This document shows, in pieces, positions 50,351 through 64,000 of a stretch of 64,000 nt of DNA (the stretch's first letter is position 1; every line of letters begins with the position of its first letter). The DNA is taken from NCBI GenBank assembly GCA_973895155.1, contig OZ316896.1, positions 21,699,150 to 21,763,149 of the forward strand. Direction: 5' to 3'. Origin of the DNA: Marsupella aquatica (Eukaryota; Plantae; Marchantiophyta). Both the position numbers and the translations under genes were made by a program. The notes under the pieces were generated by a model, which had not been told where the DNA came from, made no database searches, and saw only the letters and a program-made list of their open reading frames with translations.

Positions 50351-52310
50351 TGCCTTGGAGGGTAGAGTATCTTATTGCGTACTCGAATAGAATTCAGCTC
50401 TGTTTGCCTTCTTTGTTACCGCCCAGGCCTCCTTCCTGTGGTTGTCGTTGCATTGCATCGTGAAAGCGCCTTTGGTTGCGGAATTAAGCTTTACCCTTTA
50501 CTGATTTTCTTGAAACTTGGAAGCTCAGGCTCTGGTCGAGCATTAGGTGTGGAATGCAGTCTCTATTCTGAATCCCTTGCTCACTTTGTGCAATTGGAAA
50601 CGTTGCGAATCAAGACGGATGAGAATGGTGGAAGTAGAATGCGGTGGAAACGTATTTTTCATCCCGATTCATCGACACAATTTATGAACATCGACTCCAA
50701 AGATTTCTTCAGCTTGTGAAATACTGTATGAGTTGCTCAGGTGCTTTTCGGAAGGAACTGAAACTCTCCGGGGCCTCACTTTCACGTTGGGTGAGTGTAA
50801 AGAACAGCATAGTGCAGGAGATGTTCGATGACGATGGGCTGGTTTCCTAGCTGATACTTCTGAGAAAGGAACTTTAGAGCATTTTCTCCAAATGACGATG
50901 ACATGTGCATTCCATCAAGTTTTAACAGGGATTCTCTTAAAACAACATGAGATAAGTTCATCGTTGTCCAAGAGTCTGCGTACTATCAAATCGGGTAGAT
51001 AATTTAATTTAAGTGGCACCAACGAAGTAAACATTCAGACGATGTGTCTACTTAGTATGTTCGCTACTGCATAGCTCTAGAGCAGACTGATTATGCATTC
51101 TCTGGAAACAGGACTGCGGCTGTTCATATCCTAAGTGAAACCGGAGTCACACGTGCACCTTGATATAATACTGGTCACTGTTCCGGTCTCAAGTCCACCT
51201 CAATATACTAGAACGACAACCACTACTTCTGCTTCGTCCGTAATTTTCGGTCTATCTGCCCTTCTTGTAACTGTAGGGTCCTGTTTGTGATTCTAATTCT
51301 TACTGCTTGATTTGATGTTCTCTTATGGTCATCCATTCTGGAAGGGTTGTCTCGGATTTGAGTTGTCTGAACAATCCATTGAAAATGCCGTCTCTGTCAC
51401 CAGTCGACTGTCGTGTTCTCATCATTCCCCTTCTACAGTAGAATTTCCACTTTACTCTTCTGTGAGCGGCCGATAATTGGGGGAAGAATACGAAAGCTCA
51501 CAAATCTCAGATATTAATTCTTTTACAGATCTCCAGCGATCCCTTCTTAAGCACACAGATTTGAGTACCCGTTTGATTGGATGTACACGACCAATCACCA
51601 ACTACATTCAAGCTACTCCTGATTGCATTATTTTACCCGTGTTCCAATGCCAGAAATTCAATTCTCAATGTTGTATTTCTGTCTGTCTCCCCAGTATCCA
51701 AACGATAAACGATTATGTATCACGTCTAGTATGAACCATAACAAACTTTGCTGGCCAAACACGGACAAGGATTTCCAACATGATAATGATGTTCAGTCAT
51801 CACTAATACTAGAGATGGAGACAAGTTTATTGTCACCCGAGACTTACGGACTACAGCGCTGCATGACTACTGTCTAGCCATGAGCAAAATCCGAGACTCG
51901 AATAATGTAGAACGATTAGCGTTCTTCCTGGGATCCCTATGCCACCTAGGGCTTCACAAAGTAGCCTTATTTTCAGTCAAGACTAAAGGAAGTGAAGAAC
52001 AAGGGCGAGCAAATAACTTTCTGCCGATCCAGAGACGGTCATTTTTCCGCCACCATACACCAAGGCATAATTATCAATTGTCTAGTCAAGGATACAAGTT
52101 TATTGCAGCAAAAGCCTTTTAAATGTTTCGTTTAGCCCAAACCTCGAGAATTCTTCTTTCCTTACATGAACAACAGAAAACTCAGCGTGCTCTGAGGGCC
52201 TCATCCTTCGGGTGTATTCAGCATCAAGTGTTGGGCAAAGAGAGATATAGTAGCAGAATCCAGTGTCGGGTCCAAACCCGTCTCTAAATCTATGCTTTCA
52301 CAACTGCTTT

Positions 52311-54878
52311 CTATCCTGAAGTTACAGTGAGGACGGTGGAGCCGGAAGTTTTTCTGGCCTCGATGTCTGAGTGTGCCTGGCTTACTTGGGCAAGAGGGTA
52401 TGTTTGGTTCACACGGAGTTTCATAACTCCTTCTGAGAGAGCAGCAAAAACCTCCCCTGCAGTAGACAACAATTCGTCTCTAGTGGATGTGTACGCCATC
52501 ATGGAAGGCCTGGTGAGAAACAAGGACTTAGCTGCCAAAGCTTGTACTGGAACAGGATCTATCATGCCAGATGATTGCCCAAAGGATACCAAATAGCCCC
52601 GAACTGCCAAAGCGTCCAGGGACCCCTGCATTCATCGTGGAGGTCAATAGTGCAAATCAATTTGTTAAGTTTAACATCAATCCTGTAAAATTCTCCAAAA
52701 TAATGCTTTCATTGATTCCTTTCATCCATTCCTTTCACTTCATCGAATGGCTACTGATGGATCACCGCACGAGATTGCCAGAAATTTATGTCACAGGCAA
52801 TACAGAATTTTGATTGCACCCCTCTATGGCAGCCTCTGAAATTTGCAAGAGATTGAGAACACATGATAAACAACGCGACTCAGAACATAGACCCAGCGAG
52901 TCCATCGCTACACAGTACCTGGAATGTGTCCTTCCCAACCGAGTCATACACCACTTGAACTCCAAAACCATTTGTTACTTCTTTCACTCGGGCAACATAG
53001 TCCTCTTTCGAATAGATAACAACATGATCTGCTCCATCCGCTTTTGCTTGAGCTGCTTTATCCTCTGTCGACACTGCAGCAATCACAGTGGCACCCAAAG
53101 CATGTGCCCATTGCACCAATAGCGAACCAACACCTCCTGCAGCTGCATGTACTAGGACAGCATGCCCACGTTCTACCTACGAAATTCAATTTTGGTCCAG
53201 CAGTCAGTCTTCAATCCATATGTTAAGAAGCCTTCCCGGCGCCAATCTTACTCTGTAATCACCTCAAACTGCAACATAAGTACACATCCTCGTGAGATCC
53301 AAAATTTAGAAGTGCTGTGGAGAAATCACATTATCTCAAACCTCTTTGGAGAACCAATTGACTATCCCAACCTACGCTGACTCTACTGCTCTAAATCAGA
53401 AGTACAATAAGCTTGTCCAGGCGACATCCAAAGCAACTCATCCCAGAAATCTGTTCCACTAAAACTCCCATCTCGTCTCCAGAATATCACATTTGCATCC
53501 TAAGGAAATCTAACCTCCACTTTTACAAGAGAGAAAAGCTCAAGCTCTTGCACCTTGAAGCATCGGCGTAGTAGAAACTGAGCAGTCATTCCTTTAAGAA
53601 GTACCGCAGCCGCAGTGACATCATCGATGCCATTTGGAAGGGGCACGAGTTTATCAGCGGGTATGAGACGTTCTTCACAATACGCCCCCATTACTCCTGC
53701 ATAGGCAACTCTGTCTCCAACTTTTCTTCCTGTTAGGCCAGGCCCCACAGCCGTGACAACCCCAGCTCCCTCCATGCCTGTTGCCACAAGACGCACCCAA
53801 TGGATTGCATATTAAAACCCAAGAATCCAAGAAACTCTATAACCCAAACACGCGCGCAGTTTACCTAACCCATTTGCACACCCATTTGCACAGCTGGAGC
53901 ACTATCTGCTAATAATTTCAGGTTAACCAGCGTACCCGGTATGAATGGTACAGGAGATTTGTAGACCCCCGTCCGGAAGTATACATCGATGAAATTGAGG
54001 CCAATTGCTGTGTGCCGAATGCGCACCTGCCCTTCCCCAGGTTCTCCCACCTCCACGTCCTCCCAACTTAGGGCCTGCACAAACAGAAAGTCCTTCAATT
54101 GAAATGAAATGTCCATGCTTCTACAGTCGATACCAAGAGAAACCACACGCTCAAGAGCACACCAGAAATTGAAATCCTTGGCTTTGATTGCATCCTACAT
54201 TATCAGTCTGGACAAACAGGATCAATACCACGAATTAAATTGTGCACTGCATTGGCTAATTCATTCAACAGTTCACAAGGGTTAGGAAGGTCTTCGCAAG
54301 CAGTAGTAATCAAGCATCACAGGGTTGTGATCATGGTGACAACACTTCAGAACCCACATGGAGGCCCTCGGAGATGCTTTCCTGGAACATGGAGACGACC
54401 CACAATCTACATATGGGCGAGTCGTCAACATGCAAAACTCTCACGATTCGACATCTAAAGCAAATCGAATTCACATTGAATCCCCTTCTCGTCTAAAGGA
54501 TTTCTCAAATCCATTCAGGATGGAGGGTCATCGCCACTTCTTCATGTAAAATAGGCGAAGTTCTTTTCCAGGCCTTCAAGGAGAGGAACCGAAGAGCAAC
54601 ACAGATACCGAGAAGGAAGATGAAAAGAGGAAAACGATATTAGCTCATGATCACTGACTGACCTCAGGACCGCCCACTTGGTTCACTTTGATCGCTTTTG
54701 CCTTCACCATCTCTGCTGATGTCCACTGCGCTCTACACCCGCCCAGGCCCAGGCTCACCCTCCTCCGTGTGGTGCTGTCGCCCTGCAAACGGATCAGTGC
54801 CGATCTCGCATGTGCCTGTTCCCGATTCGAGACCAACGATACAAATGAGAAGAACGTTTGCCTCGAAGCCAATTTCAT
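52311..54878 (-). CDS. NADPH:quinone oxidoreductase (zeta-crystallin/Qor, MDR family); exons 54878-54663, 54074-53936, 53777-53554, 53176-52919, 52625-52311
   Basis: GGPE..., AIGLNFIDVYFRTGVY, PGMEGAGVV, KGMTAQFLL, VLVHAAAGGVGS, VVYDSVGKDTF, LVSFGQSSG, KSLFLTRPS, ARKTSGSTVL. GT..AG junctions are in frame. A second in-frame ATG lies at 54710. Confidence 0.93.
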
Positions 54879-55252
54879 GGGCCCCAAGCTAACAGCAATG
54901 CCCACCTTTTCCACTCTTTCTTGCAAGTGAGAATTACAACTCAAAGTGAAGGAATTTGCAAGATGAGTAGAAATGCCCAGCTCTTCCTGTGTTCACGTGA
55001 GGATTACATCTCAAAGAGAAGGAATTTGCATGATGAGGATGATGAGAAGAACATGGACCACATTATGCTTCACACTTTCTACTACTTGTCACTTTACATG
55101 CTCCATTCGTATACTGCGAAAATAGAAGCATACCGAGAGGCTTCAGGTTGACCGAGTGGGCATGGATTTGACAAATTAATTCCCCTGTGAGAGGAGGGAG
55201 TCAGAGGGGTCATGAATTACAAAAGAGTGCTGCCATCAGGGTATTTTGCTTA

Positions 55253-55681
55253 CTAGCCCAGATTACCCATTCTTTGAACGTGAATAGCGGAAAGAACGTG
55301 AATAGCAGGGAGTACAATAAAAATGTCACCAAAATATATTCCTTATTCACATATTTTGAAGGTTAATGAAATGATAAAAAATTATCATACATATCATCAT
55401 TTTAATAATCAGACATAATATACCATAGTACTCTTTTATATGCACTTCCCTAGCTTTTCTATCTTACATCCCACTTATGCACATATAATATGGTGGGGCT
55501 ATAGAGATCAATTTTATAATATAAATAGAAATCATAACAAAAAGCAGTCATAATTATCATTTGACATGACATACATCATAAACATCAGTTTTCTCATCAT
55601 TCCACATGATGAGCCATGGAGTTACGGTCTAGAGGCTTCACTCTAGAAGCCTAGGCCCCAACTCTAGCTTGTAGTTACAGA
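55253..55681 (-). mobile_element. Non-autonomous Helitron (best-preserved copy)
   Basis: Minus strand reads A|TCTGTAACTACAAGCTAGAG...CACGTTCAAAGAATGGG(hairpin)TAATCTGGGCTAG|T: TC start, CTAG end, AT insertion site and no TSD. Confidence 0.8.
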
Positions 55682-56799
55682 TTTATAAGTAAGATTTTTC
55701 TCTAATTCTTCAAGGTGGCGAATGTTACCTTGTGGCAAGGAGGCTGGACTATTCTTTAATTAAACATCCTTGATAAATCCGTCATCTTCCTATCTCCATA
55801 CATCTAAGGGCGTACATCTAAGGAGAGCCCTTAGATTCCTGGCTTTCCCACCAATGGGACCTCAATTAGGTTCGTTGTGCATGTGAAGATTACTTTCTTT
55901 TCCAGGCCTCAAGTGAACTGGTGGTATTCCAAGATTGAGTGAAAGTTTGCATACCAAGAATGGGTGAGAGTTGTATGCCTCAGCACCTTCTTTATTAAAG
56001 AGGGAGACCTGATGGCACTTGGTGGAGAACAAAGGCAAGGGCCAGAAACCAACCTTCAAAAGCTAATAAAACAAATTGAAGTTTTGCTTCTAACACATTT
56101 TGCTGCCATAATTACTGAATGTAAAATCAGAGGGAGGAAAATGACATATTTGCATGTAACATATTTGCAGATTATGTGGACAAACGCGATAAAATTGTCA
56201 CTGGTAACTTAGGATTGCCAAGGGCCGGAAAGTGAAGGACTCTTCACATGCGAGTCGGCCCAAAGCTTGCTGCAATTAACCAGAAGTGGCTAAAGGTTTA
56301 TGAGAATGCAGATTCTCAGGGGGGTCATTATATGGAGGGCCATACATCGCGTGCGACGTTGTAGGGTTTGACCCCCCTAACTTTTAAGTGAAAAATATTT
56401 TTTTGCAAAGCCCTTTCTTTCTTTAAATTTTGCCATTTTTATTAAAAAACCCCTAAAAACTTTACAGAAAGTAATTTTTGCAATTAAATAGGCCTATGTG
56501 TTCTTTAAAGTCGACCAATCAATAAAACATGCCCTATATGTTCTTCCACCAAACTTTGGAAGTCTTCCGCAACACCCATTAAAATGGGCCTATATTTCAT
56601 CGCATGTGACGTGTTACTTCCGTGGAAGTGACCCCCCCGAGTGCAGATTGTTGCAAAAACTTGGGTCTAAAACAAATGTAGTTCAGGACTATGAAGCATA
56701 GTGTTGTCCACTCTATTAGAACATCTCTAGTGGTTGCTAGGATGGCTTGTAACCTCAGTTTTTCCTTAGATGGCAAGCATTTCCCCGGCTCTCCACGGT

Positions 56800-59700
56800 G
56801 ACACGGGTAATGCATCACTAAATAGGACGCCAATTCTAGATTAGGACTTATACGGTCATTAGGACCGTAGCTGTAGTGTAGAGTAGTACGAATAGCCGTC
56901 TTTGCCATTATGAATAGATTAGGAGTAGGTTAGTTGACTAAATGATTACAAATTAAGGGAAGGAAGTTATTACGATCGGCCGAAACACGATGGCGGCGAC
57001 GGAGTAAAAATCCGTTAGGAGATCACGCTTGGACCAAGACACCCAACTTCAAGCCATAATCAACGACTAAAATGGCCTTGCCTTCTCACGCTCGAGCTCA
57101 CCCTGGCACCTCCATAAGAGCTGAGTCGATGGCGCCGAGGCCCATTTGCTCATTCATACTTTTCGGAATTCGTGGACGCTACCACTCACTCTCACATTTT
57201 TCTCGGATCGAGCAAACTTTTACGGGGAAATTATCGAAGGTTAAGAGCGGATTGTGGCGAGATTTAGTCAGGGTGAGGAAGGCCTCCACCAACGAGCGAC
57301 ATTGCTGAGCGGGGACGCAGACTCGATGAACCAGATTGCAAGGTTAGTATGAACCTTACAGCCTTGGGATTTTGGACCTTGTTTAGCGAGGTAGGTGCTA
57401 AGTTCTCCGAGACTTATTGGTACTCTTGCCCTGAGAAAGCCGCCTACGAACGAAGATATGCAAAGCTCGTGGCCTAGGTAGCGCGGGTTAACAGCGAGAA
57501 GGCAGCAATTACCCGAGATTCCAGCTACAACGAGCTACGGGACTACATTACCGAGTTGTACATCAGCGAGGAGGGATTCAGGACGGTAGCCGAGGCACTC
57601 CTCAAAGTCCCTACAAAGTTCTTTAGACTAAAGGGCGGCCAGAAGCTCACACAAGCGGAGTTCGACAAGATCCCGGATTACCTCTAGCAATAGATTGTGG
57701 CCGAGAAGCGCAAAGAAGATATTAGCAGACAACGAGAAGCGGCGCATAATCTTACGTTCCTTGGGGAAAGCTTGTCAACACCTTGCAATGGGGCTTAACT
57801 CTTCACTAGAGATAATTCATCCACTTATGCCCCTTCTTATTGTTGTCCGGGTTCCCAAGACGGGTAAATAGCAGGACATGAGGTCTTCTACTCTCGAATT
57901 TACTTCTTACTCACCCACACACCCAACCAGGTAGTTTTATTTCCACCGCTGGAGAGATAACCTTGAGGGATGGCTATCACTCCACTGTTTTCCCATTGGA
58001 AAATACTCACACCTCCCACTTCCAATCACAACACGGTAAGTGCAGACCCACAAGCTGTCCCCACAAACTCCCAATGTGGCTGTCACTGCAAGAGTTTCCT
58101 CTACTTACTTCACCAAGAACTTAAGGACCGTCACATACTATCTTAACAAGGCAAGTGCTTGGTTCCTCCGTTGTTCCCTAGCTTCAAGTCTCACCCCCCT
58201 TGGGTTGAGTCACACTAGAGCTTGCATACACACTCACTGGATTCAAATAATCACTGGATAGACGCTTCAAGACTGAAGCATCCGCATGAGCCTTTACTAC
58301 AAGGAATGGTACAAGATTAGATCACAACACTTCCCCCTACCCTCTCCTTGCTATCTACCTAGTGGACTAGTCCCTTGTCCACTCTCTCTAGTGCCTCAAG
58401 CCAATGCTGACTCTCTCTAAGTGAGATCTCAGCCCCCAAGCCTTCAGCCTTCAAGAGAATGTGCAAGTGAACAAGTGAGGAGGTAGCTCCCTGCTTCTCC
58501 CCTTTATTCAACACCCCAGGGCTCCAAACCAACCCAAGCTGGCAAACCAAACCACCCCTAGGGTGCTAACTTAGGTTAGTGGTTACCTTAACCCAAATAT
58601 AACTACTTTCCGCTAAAGTTAACCAGGGTTAAGTTTCTACTTTTACCGCAGGTCAACTCAACTGCCACCAGTATTCTGGTTTTTACACAGGACATGAACA
58701 ACAACAACCTCTAGGTGACATGAGTAATCAGGGTAGCCCCTTGGTAACCCTTACAACCACCCAAGTTACAACTCTTCATAAAATAACATTTCTCACGGAA
58801 AGAAACTCTAAGTTTGGCCTACAACTGTGTGTCCGTACGTCGCTGAATTATGGGTTACCGCTGAGTCTCGGGTTTTGCCACTGAAACTCGGGTTACCACT
58901 GAAGTACAGGTCGCCATTTCCACAGTTGTAGGCTTACTCAAAGAGTACTTCCGCTAGAAATGACCCTGGCAGACCGTTGGTGATACAACTGAGGTTATAG
59001 CCGCTTGTAAACTAAACTTAATGACTGTAACCCAACTCACCAGCAGTACTATAACTAATTCTCATCTCCCAACTCTATCCACCAAGTGTCGAACTTCATA
59101 CTAGTCCAACCCTTTTTACAAAGCCACTTTTAAAGTCAATAAAAAAACTACTTAACATATTACAATGACATTCAAAATGGTCTACCGGGCCTCAATGGAG
59201 TTGAGGCACCCTTGCTGGGTCCTCCCCTACTCGCCCTGGCCCCTCTCCCGGCCTCGAACCGGCCTCAAAGTCCTCCAAACGAACCTGTCAAAATGCTGCC
59301 GCAAGTTCAATTAGAGTTGATGTGAACATCTTAAACGAACAGCTTGGACAGCTCCCTTGGTAGCACATTCAAATGCCTTAGCAGGTCGCAAGTTCAAAAT
59401 TGGGCGCCGACGTTTCCTTTGCCATCAACATTTTGCAGTGCTATGCAGCGTTAGGCAACTGCTGCGCGAAGCAGCACAAAGCATCACCCGCGATGCTGCT
59501 TGCGGCAGCTTGAAACAGCTCAATGCTTCTGCCCCCGTTTTTTTTTTTTTTTTTTGGTTTTTCCTTCAGCAGCGTTCTCTCCAGCAACGCATCTCTCCCC
59601 TTTCAATCCCCATAGCTCAGCAACAGCGAAGGCAACAACATTCCTCCATAACTACGAACTCTATAGCTCTTATCAACAGCAAGCTCCAAGTAGAAGCTGG

Positions 59701-62700
59701 AGTAGTAGCACAACATAAACTCCTGAGTAAGCAACAAGGAGCTCTTCTCCTGGTGCTCTTCATCGGCCCAAAGCTCCTACTTAGTCAAGCAGCACAAACT
59801 AGTCTGCTAATCCCCTTCCTGAGCCCCCATGGCAGCAATCTCCATCCACGGCTTAGGACCATCGGCCTTTGATGTAGCAGGTACGAGCTCCAATGTAGCA
59901 GCTCCTCACGTCAGGCCAGCAAGCAGGAAGCTCAATGTAGCAATTCCTAATTCCCTAGCTCTCAGCGACATGCAACTATTCTCTCGATTCACACTGCCCA
60001 AAATTGTTCTACACGGCAATGCAGAGCTAATCCTCATTGCAGCAGTGACACTACCTGAGAGGATTAGATCTCCTTATCTCCCTCAGCACCATAGATTTTC
60101 CCCCTGTGGCAGCCTTCCGTTCATTATCCCTTCATGCCTCAATTTCAGCGAATTCCTATGTTTCCCCCGGTTTTCACAAGTCAACTTTGTTGTCCTTATG
60201 GCAGATTTCAATTTCTCTTAATTGCACTCGGCTGCCATTCCTGAATCTGTTGAAATCCTATTGCCCTCCCTTGGCCGTTACGTAGAGTGTCCCTGGACTG
60301 TGTGTCCTTATGAGGGGAACCCCTATGGTGACACCTGGCTTCCAGGGAAACTCCCGTAGCACGGCTTGCTTTGTACTCAGAACTCGCAATTTACCTCTAC
60401 GGTACACTGTTTGAGTGTTCCTTTAACAAAATCCCTGTTTTGTAAATCTCCAGTGTCGTGCTCCAACCTCCGTTTCCTCCAAAATTCTACTCTAAGACTT
60501 TTCTATAATTCCGCTAAGTAGGCCATCCGTTCAATTGTATACGAATTACTAAAACTACCAATGCTAACCTAATAAATGTTAACCTAACTTCATTGTACCT
60601 AAGTCCACTTGACACTCCATGCTAAGTTGTCTCGACCTTCTACCACTTACTATGCATCCGTTTTCTTCGCTTAACCCTACTTTACTTCTAACTGCGGTTA
60701 CTTCTAACTATAGTTACTCCAGTTTAACTCTAGTTAACCACTACTTCCTAATTCGGCATCCGACAAAGCTCCAACGCCTTCAACTGGGATATGGCTACCC
60801 CGATGCCACCCCCAGCCCCTCGGCCGATGACCACCGACGTACCACCAAACCGGTCCCAAGTCCGTCCGGTGAACAACACCGAGTGTTCCTCGGGTTCCGA
60901 GCGTGTTAGTCCATAGCTCGAGCAGCGTTCTCAGAAGCGAGCAAGGACGACGCCGGCCCCCAAACCGACCGTGGGGACCAACGCCGCCCCTGCACCTGCC
61001 TGGCCAACCCGCCGACCAACCAATCCCGGCGGTCCTCAGATAATCAACAGCCCAACTTATTATAGGTAATCTGCATCCCCAAGGTAGTCTGGACCGCGAT
61101 CAAAAAAACCCGACCCGCGGACTATCTCAAAGAGCATCAGTTAGAGCAGTTTGCCCATTTGCTATGGAGGCCTTGTGCAGCCACACCCAAGGACATCTAT
61201 GAGTTCATCTCCAACTTCAACATTGACGTAGTAGCGACCAAGGTCTCGGGACAGACCTTATCACTTACGGAGTATCGGTTGGCACAAATCTTTTGTCTGC
61301 CAACTGGGACCGTGTCGGTAGAACCCCGCATTCAGGATAAGGAGTATATTCCTCGGTATTTCAAACCCAAGGGTAAGATGGACAACGGGTATAAGCAGGG
61401 ATCATGTACCAACTTAGTCTGTATGGAGCGGCTTAAATTTATACGGACTACCTTACACATGATTGAGCCATGATCCGAAATCTCCCTCTGTACGATTGTA
61501 CAGGTGGAGTAGTATAAGCGACGGAACTGGGCCCAATTCTTTGGCCACAGATTCCTGGGGGAGCTTAAACGCGCTCAAACAAGTATGCCTATGGGAGGGA
61601 GGACCTATCTAGGAAGTCACATGGCCATCATCCTAGCTTGGTATAAGGCACGGCAAGAAGCCAAGGGAAAGAACATGGCCACCTCAGACCCAACTAGCGT
61701 CGCCCCCGTTCGAGAGGAGGCTACCCCGAGCGAGCGGACTACCACACCTCGGGCAAACCCCGAGCCCAGGCCCCGACTAATACTCCGCCACCTCCTCCCG
61801 TTGAAATCCCGCCGCCTCCTTTTGTCGAGCCTCCGCTACCCCCAGTACAACCACCCTCAATCCCTCCACCACCTGAAGAAACCTTCCCCTCCCCGTTGCA
61901 AACTATGGAGGAGGTCGCCGCCCCGCCCGAGGAACCACCGGTGCCCGAGAGGATGGAGGACTACCAAGTAGTCCCGGGGACCATGGCCTACGACTTGGTC
62001 CAAAAGTTTAGCCAGACTCTATCAGGGGAGCTAGCGATGTACATCGGGCAACAGGTCTCGGCGTACTTCCAACTAGCCTTCTTCATGTTAGAGCACCAAC
62101 CACGGATCGTAAGCCGCTTGGAGGAAGAACTCATGGCAAAGGGGAACGAGATCGGGCGCCTCCAAATGCTAGTGGAACACCTTGAGGAGGAGGCCACCAC
62201 CCGCCATGAAGAGTTAGTCCGCACCATCGAACAACGGGAAGGACTCAACCAGGAGTTGAGCGCGACGCAAGCAGATCTCAAGAACCTGGAGGACACTGTG
62301 CTTCAGCTACGCTCAGAGTCCTTGGCTTGGGTTACCAGCCTGACCGACCTCAACAAACAATTTCTACAAGCAGCTCAGCAGGTGGCTAGTGTCTCCGTCA
62401 AGCGAGACAAATTGCTGGCGCAGAACCAGACCCATTGTGACTCCATCGGTAGCACGGCTCCAGACCGAGGCTGACAAAGCCACGAATGAGGTAGAGGAGG
62501 CGGTATGGGATAACAAAGCCTTGCAGGAGCGCATTACCCTACTCATCAGCCAGTGGGGGGGACCTGGAACCACCTTTGATCAAGGCGGCTTCAGGTCTCG
62601 CCCCGACAAGGGGACAAATCCTGGACCGACCACGGCACGCACGTAAGGGGTGGTTAGCAGAGGGAGCGGGCATGCGCCGCTCGTTGCGGTTGGGTGCGGC

Positions 62701-63544
62701 ATCTTTTCCAATTAGGCTTAACGACAGAATAGCTGTCATTAGGCGCCGATTAGCGATGCAGTAGGAAGGATTAGGACAGGATCAGTTAGGATCATCCGGC
62801 GTAGGATAGAGCCCATCGACGGACTAGAACTTTGGTCAGTAGGCTTAGCTATTGACGTCGGTCAACGCCCCTTGCCACTAACAGTCAACCGGTCAGGGAA
62901 AATGTGGTCGGCTAGTCAGAAGGTAGTTAGTGAGTAGGCATTACCCCGGAAGGTAGTATCTTTTGGTTCCTTTCCGCAAGCGTAGTATTTAGGCTTCCCC
63001 TTCCGCTGTGGCGATGGGGAAGACTTAGTTTATCTTAGCGCAAGAAAAGGCGAGGCACGGGGAGTTCCGGCCTGAGCAGGGTCAGAGTGCACTAAGGAGT
63101 GAGAGCCGGAGTCGAGCTTGCTGGGCAAGGGCAGGGCGGGGCCTCGTAGAGACTGGGCATCGACTGCCGTTAGGCCTGCTGACCCCTTAGAAGTTGAGTC
63201 AACTATGTAAACCAATTCTTTGCTGAGTAAATGTAGTCTTTTCCCTTTGATTCTATCGCGAGTAATTGGTGTTGTGCGTATGCTTTGTCTGGGCAAAGGC
63301 ACCATTTGAAGGGACGTACCGGGTGCGGACTAATGATGGGGATTGCCATGAATTTCATGTCGCAAGGTTCTAAGTCGCGTCGATGGCTTGAAAGCCCCAA
63401 GCCGGGAGTTAATCTGAGTCACTAACTGCGGGAATATTCCAGCGATGGAAAACAAATATACATATGACCAGTGCGAGTTGTGTAAGTATTATACCAGTAA
63501 GTATATTGACTTAGCCCGACTTAGGGCTAATTAGGACCACTACA
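56800..63544. mobile_element. Probable LTR-retrotransposon-derived region; boundaries unresolved
   Basis: Decayed ORFs with TAG/TGA stops (57380-57750, 61030-62650). On the minus strand a purine tract GGGCAAGGAGGTG is followed by TGTAG near 63544 (PPT/LTR-like). No gag/pol motifs recognised. Confidence 0.35.
61030..62646 (+). pseudogene. Retrotransposon accessory-type ORF (plant transposon protein-like N-terminus, Pro-rich linker, coiled coil), disrupted
   Basis: IYEFISNF...TKVSGQTLSLTEYRLAQIFCLP...NWAQFF...YLGSHMAIIL resembles accessory ORFs of plant LTR elements. A heptad-rich region follows. Multiple stops and frameshifts. Confidence 0.5.
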
Positions 63545-64000
63545 CACCTCCTTGCCCGAACCCTCACCCCTACTGGTGGTTGTGGTCACCCCAGGGAACT
63601 AACTCGGATTTAAGGCCCGGGTTATGCGCGCGACATCCACCATCAACCTCTATTCCCAAATGGGCATGCCAACCACCCACATGGGAATACGCAGGCTGGC
63701 GCTACATCTATAAGCATTGGCAGTCACCCTTGTCGTGTGCATACACATCATTACACAACATAATTACATTGTTTGTCACATACATTCAAACATGGGCACA
63801 ATCGAACATCACAAACATGGGACCAAGAATGGAGTACAAGTGAAACTCATGTCTAGACATGCCCAAACCCCACAGTAACATTTCAAAGTCTAGCTTCCAT
63901 TCAGGTTGCAACTCTCCATCCATGCATTTTGTCAAACCTTGTAGTTCATCTACTAGAAAGAGATAACATACACCAATTGGGTTTACGAATCCAAGCTTAA

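Noticed and set aside
57773-60614. Candidate solo LTR (TGTCAA...TTGACA or TGTT...AACA ends)
   Set aside because: No matching 4-6-bp TSD for either boundary pair, so the ends are not established.

Overview
Eukaryotic nuclear DNA from a land plant, probably a non-seed plant such as a liverwort or other bryophyte (inferred from the secreted-type PPO and gene content). Host genes: the 5' part of a signal-peptide polyphenol oxidase (minus strand, runs off the left edge, absent from the ORF track), MND1, an 8-exon MLO gene, intronless chloroplast ATP synthase delta (ATPD), and a 5-exon zeta-crystallin-type quinone oxidoreductase with a decayed partial duplicate. Intergenic DNA holds two GC-rich hAT-type MITEs, a 5'-truncated RLE-type (CRE-like) non-LTR retrotransposon, small Helitrons and probable LTR-retrotransposon debris. 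The standout is a 13.4-kb DNA transposon (22145-35522) with 25-bp TIRs and a TCTC target duplication. It has two divergent transcription units. Leftward is a Sola/DUF7869-like DDD transposase carrying three Tnp1/En/Spm-like domains. Rightward is a cargo with a ParB/Srx(DGQHR)-like domain, a degenerate beta-class N4/N6 DNA-methyltransferase-like domain and an FCP1-type HAD phosphatase domain. About 20 copies of a 17-bp palindrome (CTCGAGA-N3-TCTCGAG) are scattered through the element and were not seen outside it. This suggests a transposon-encoded protein plus cognate site system (parS-like or anti-silencing). All domain calls are motif recognition by eye and need profile or structure searches. 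This copy carries several frameshifts and stops.
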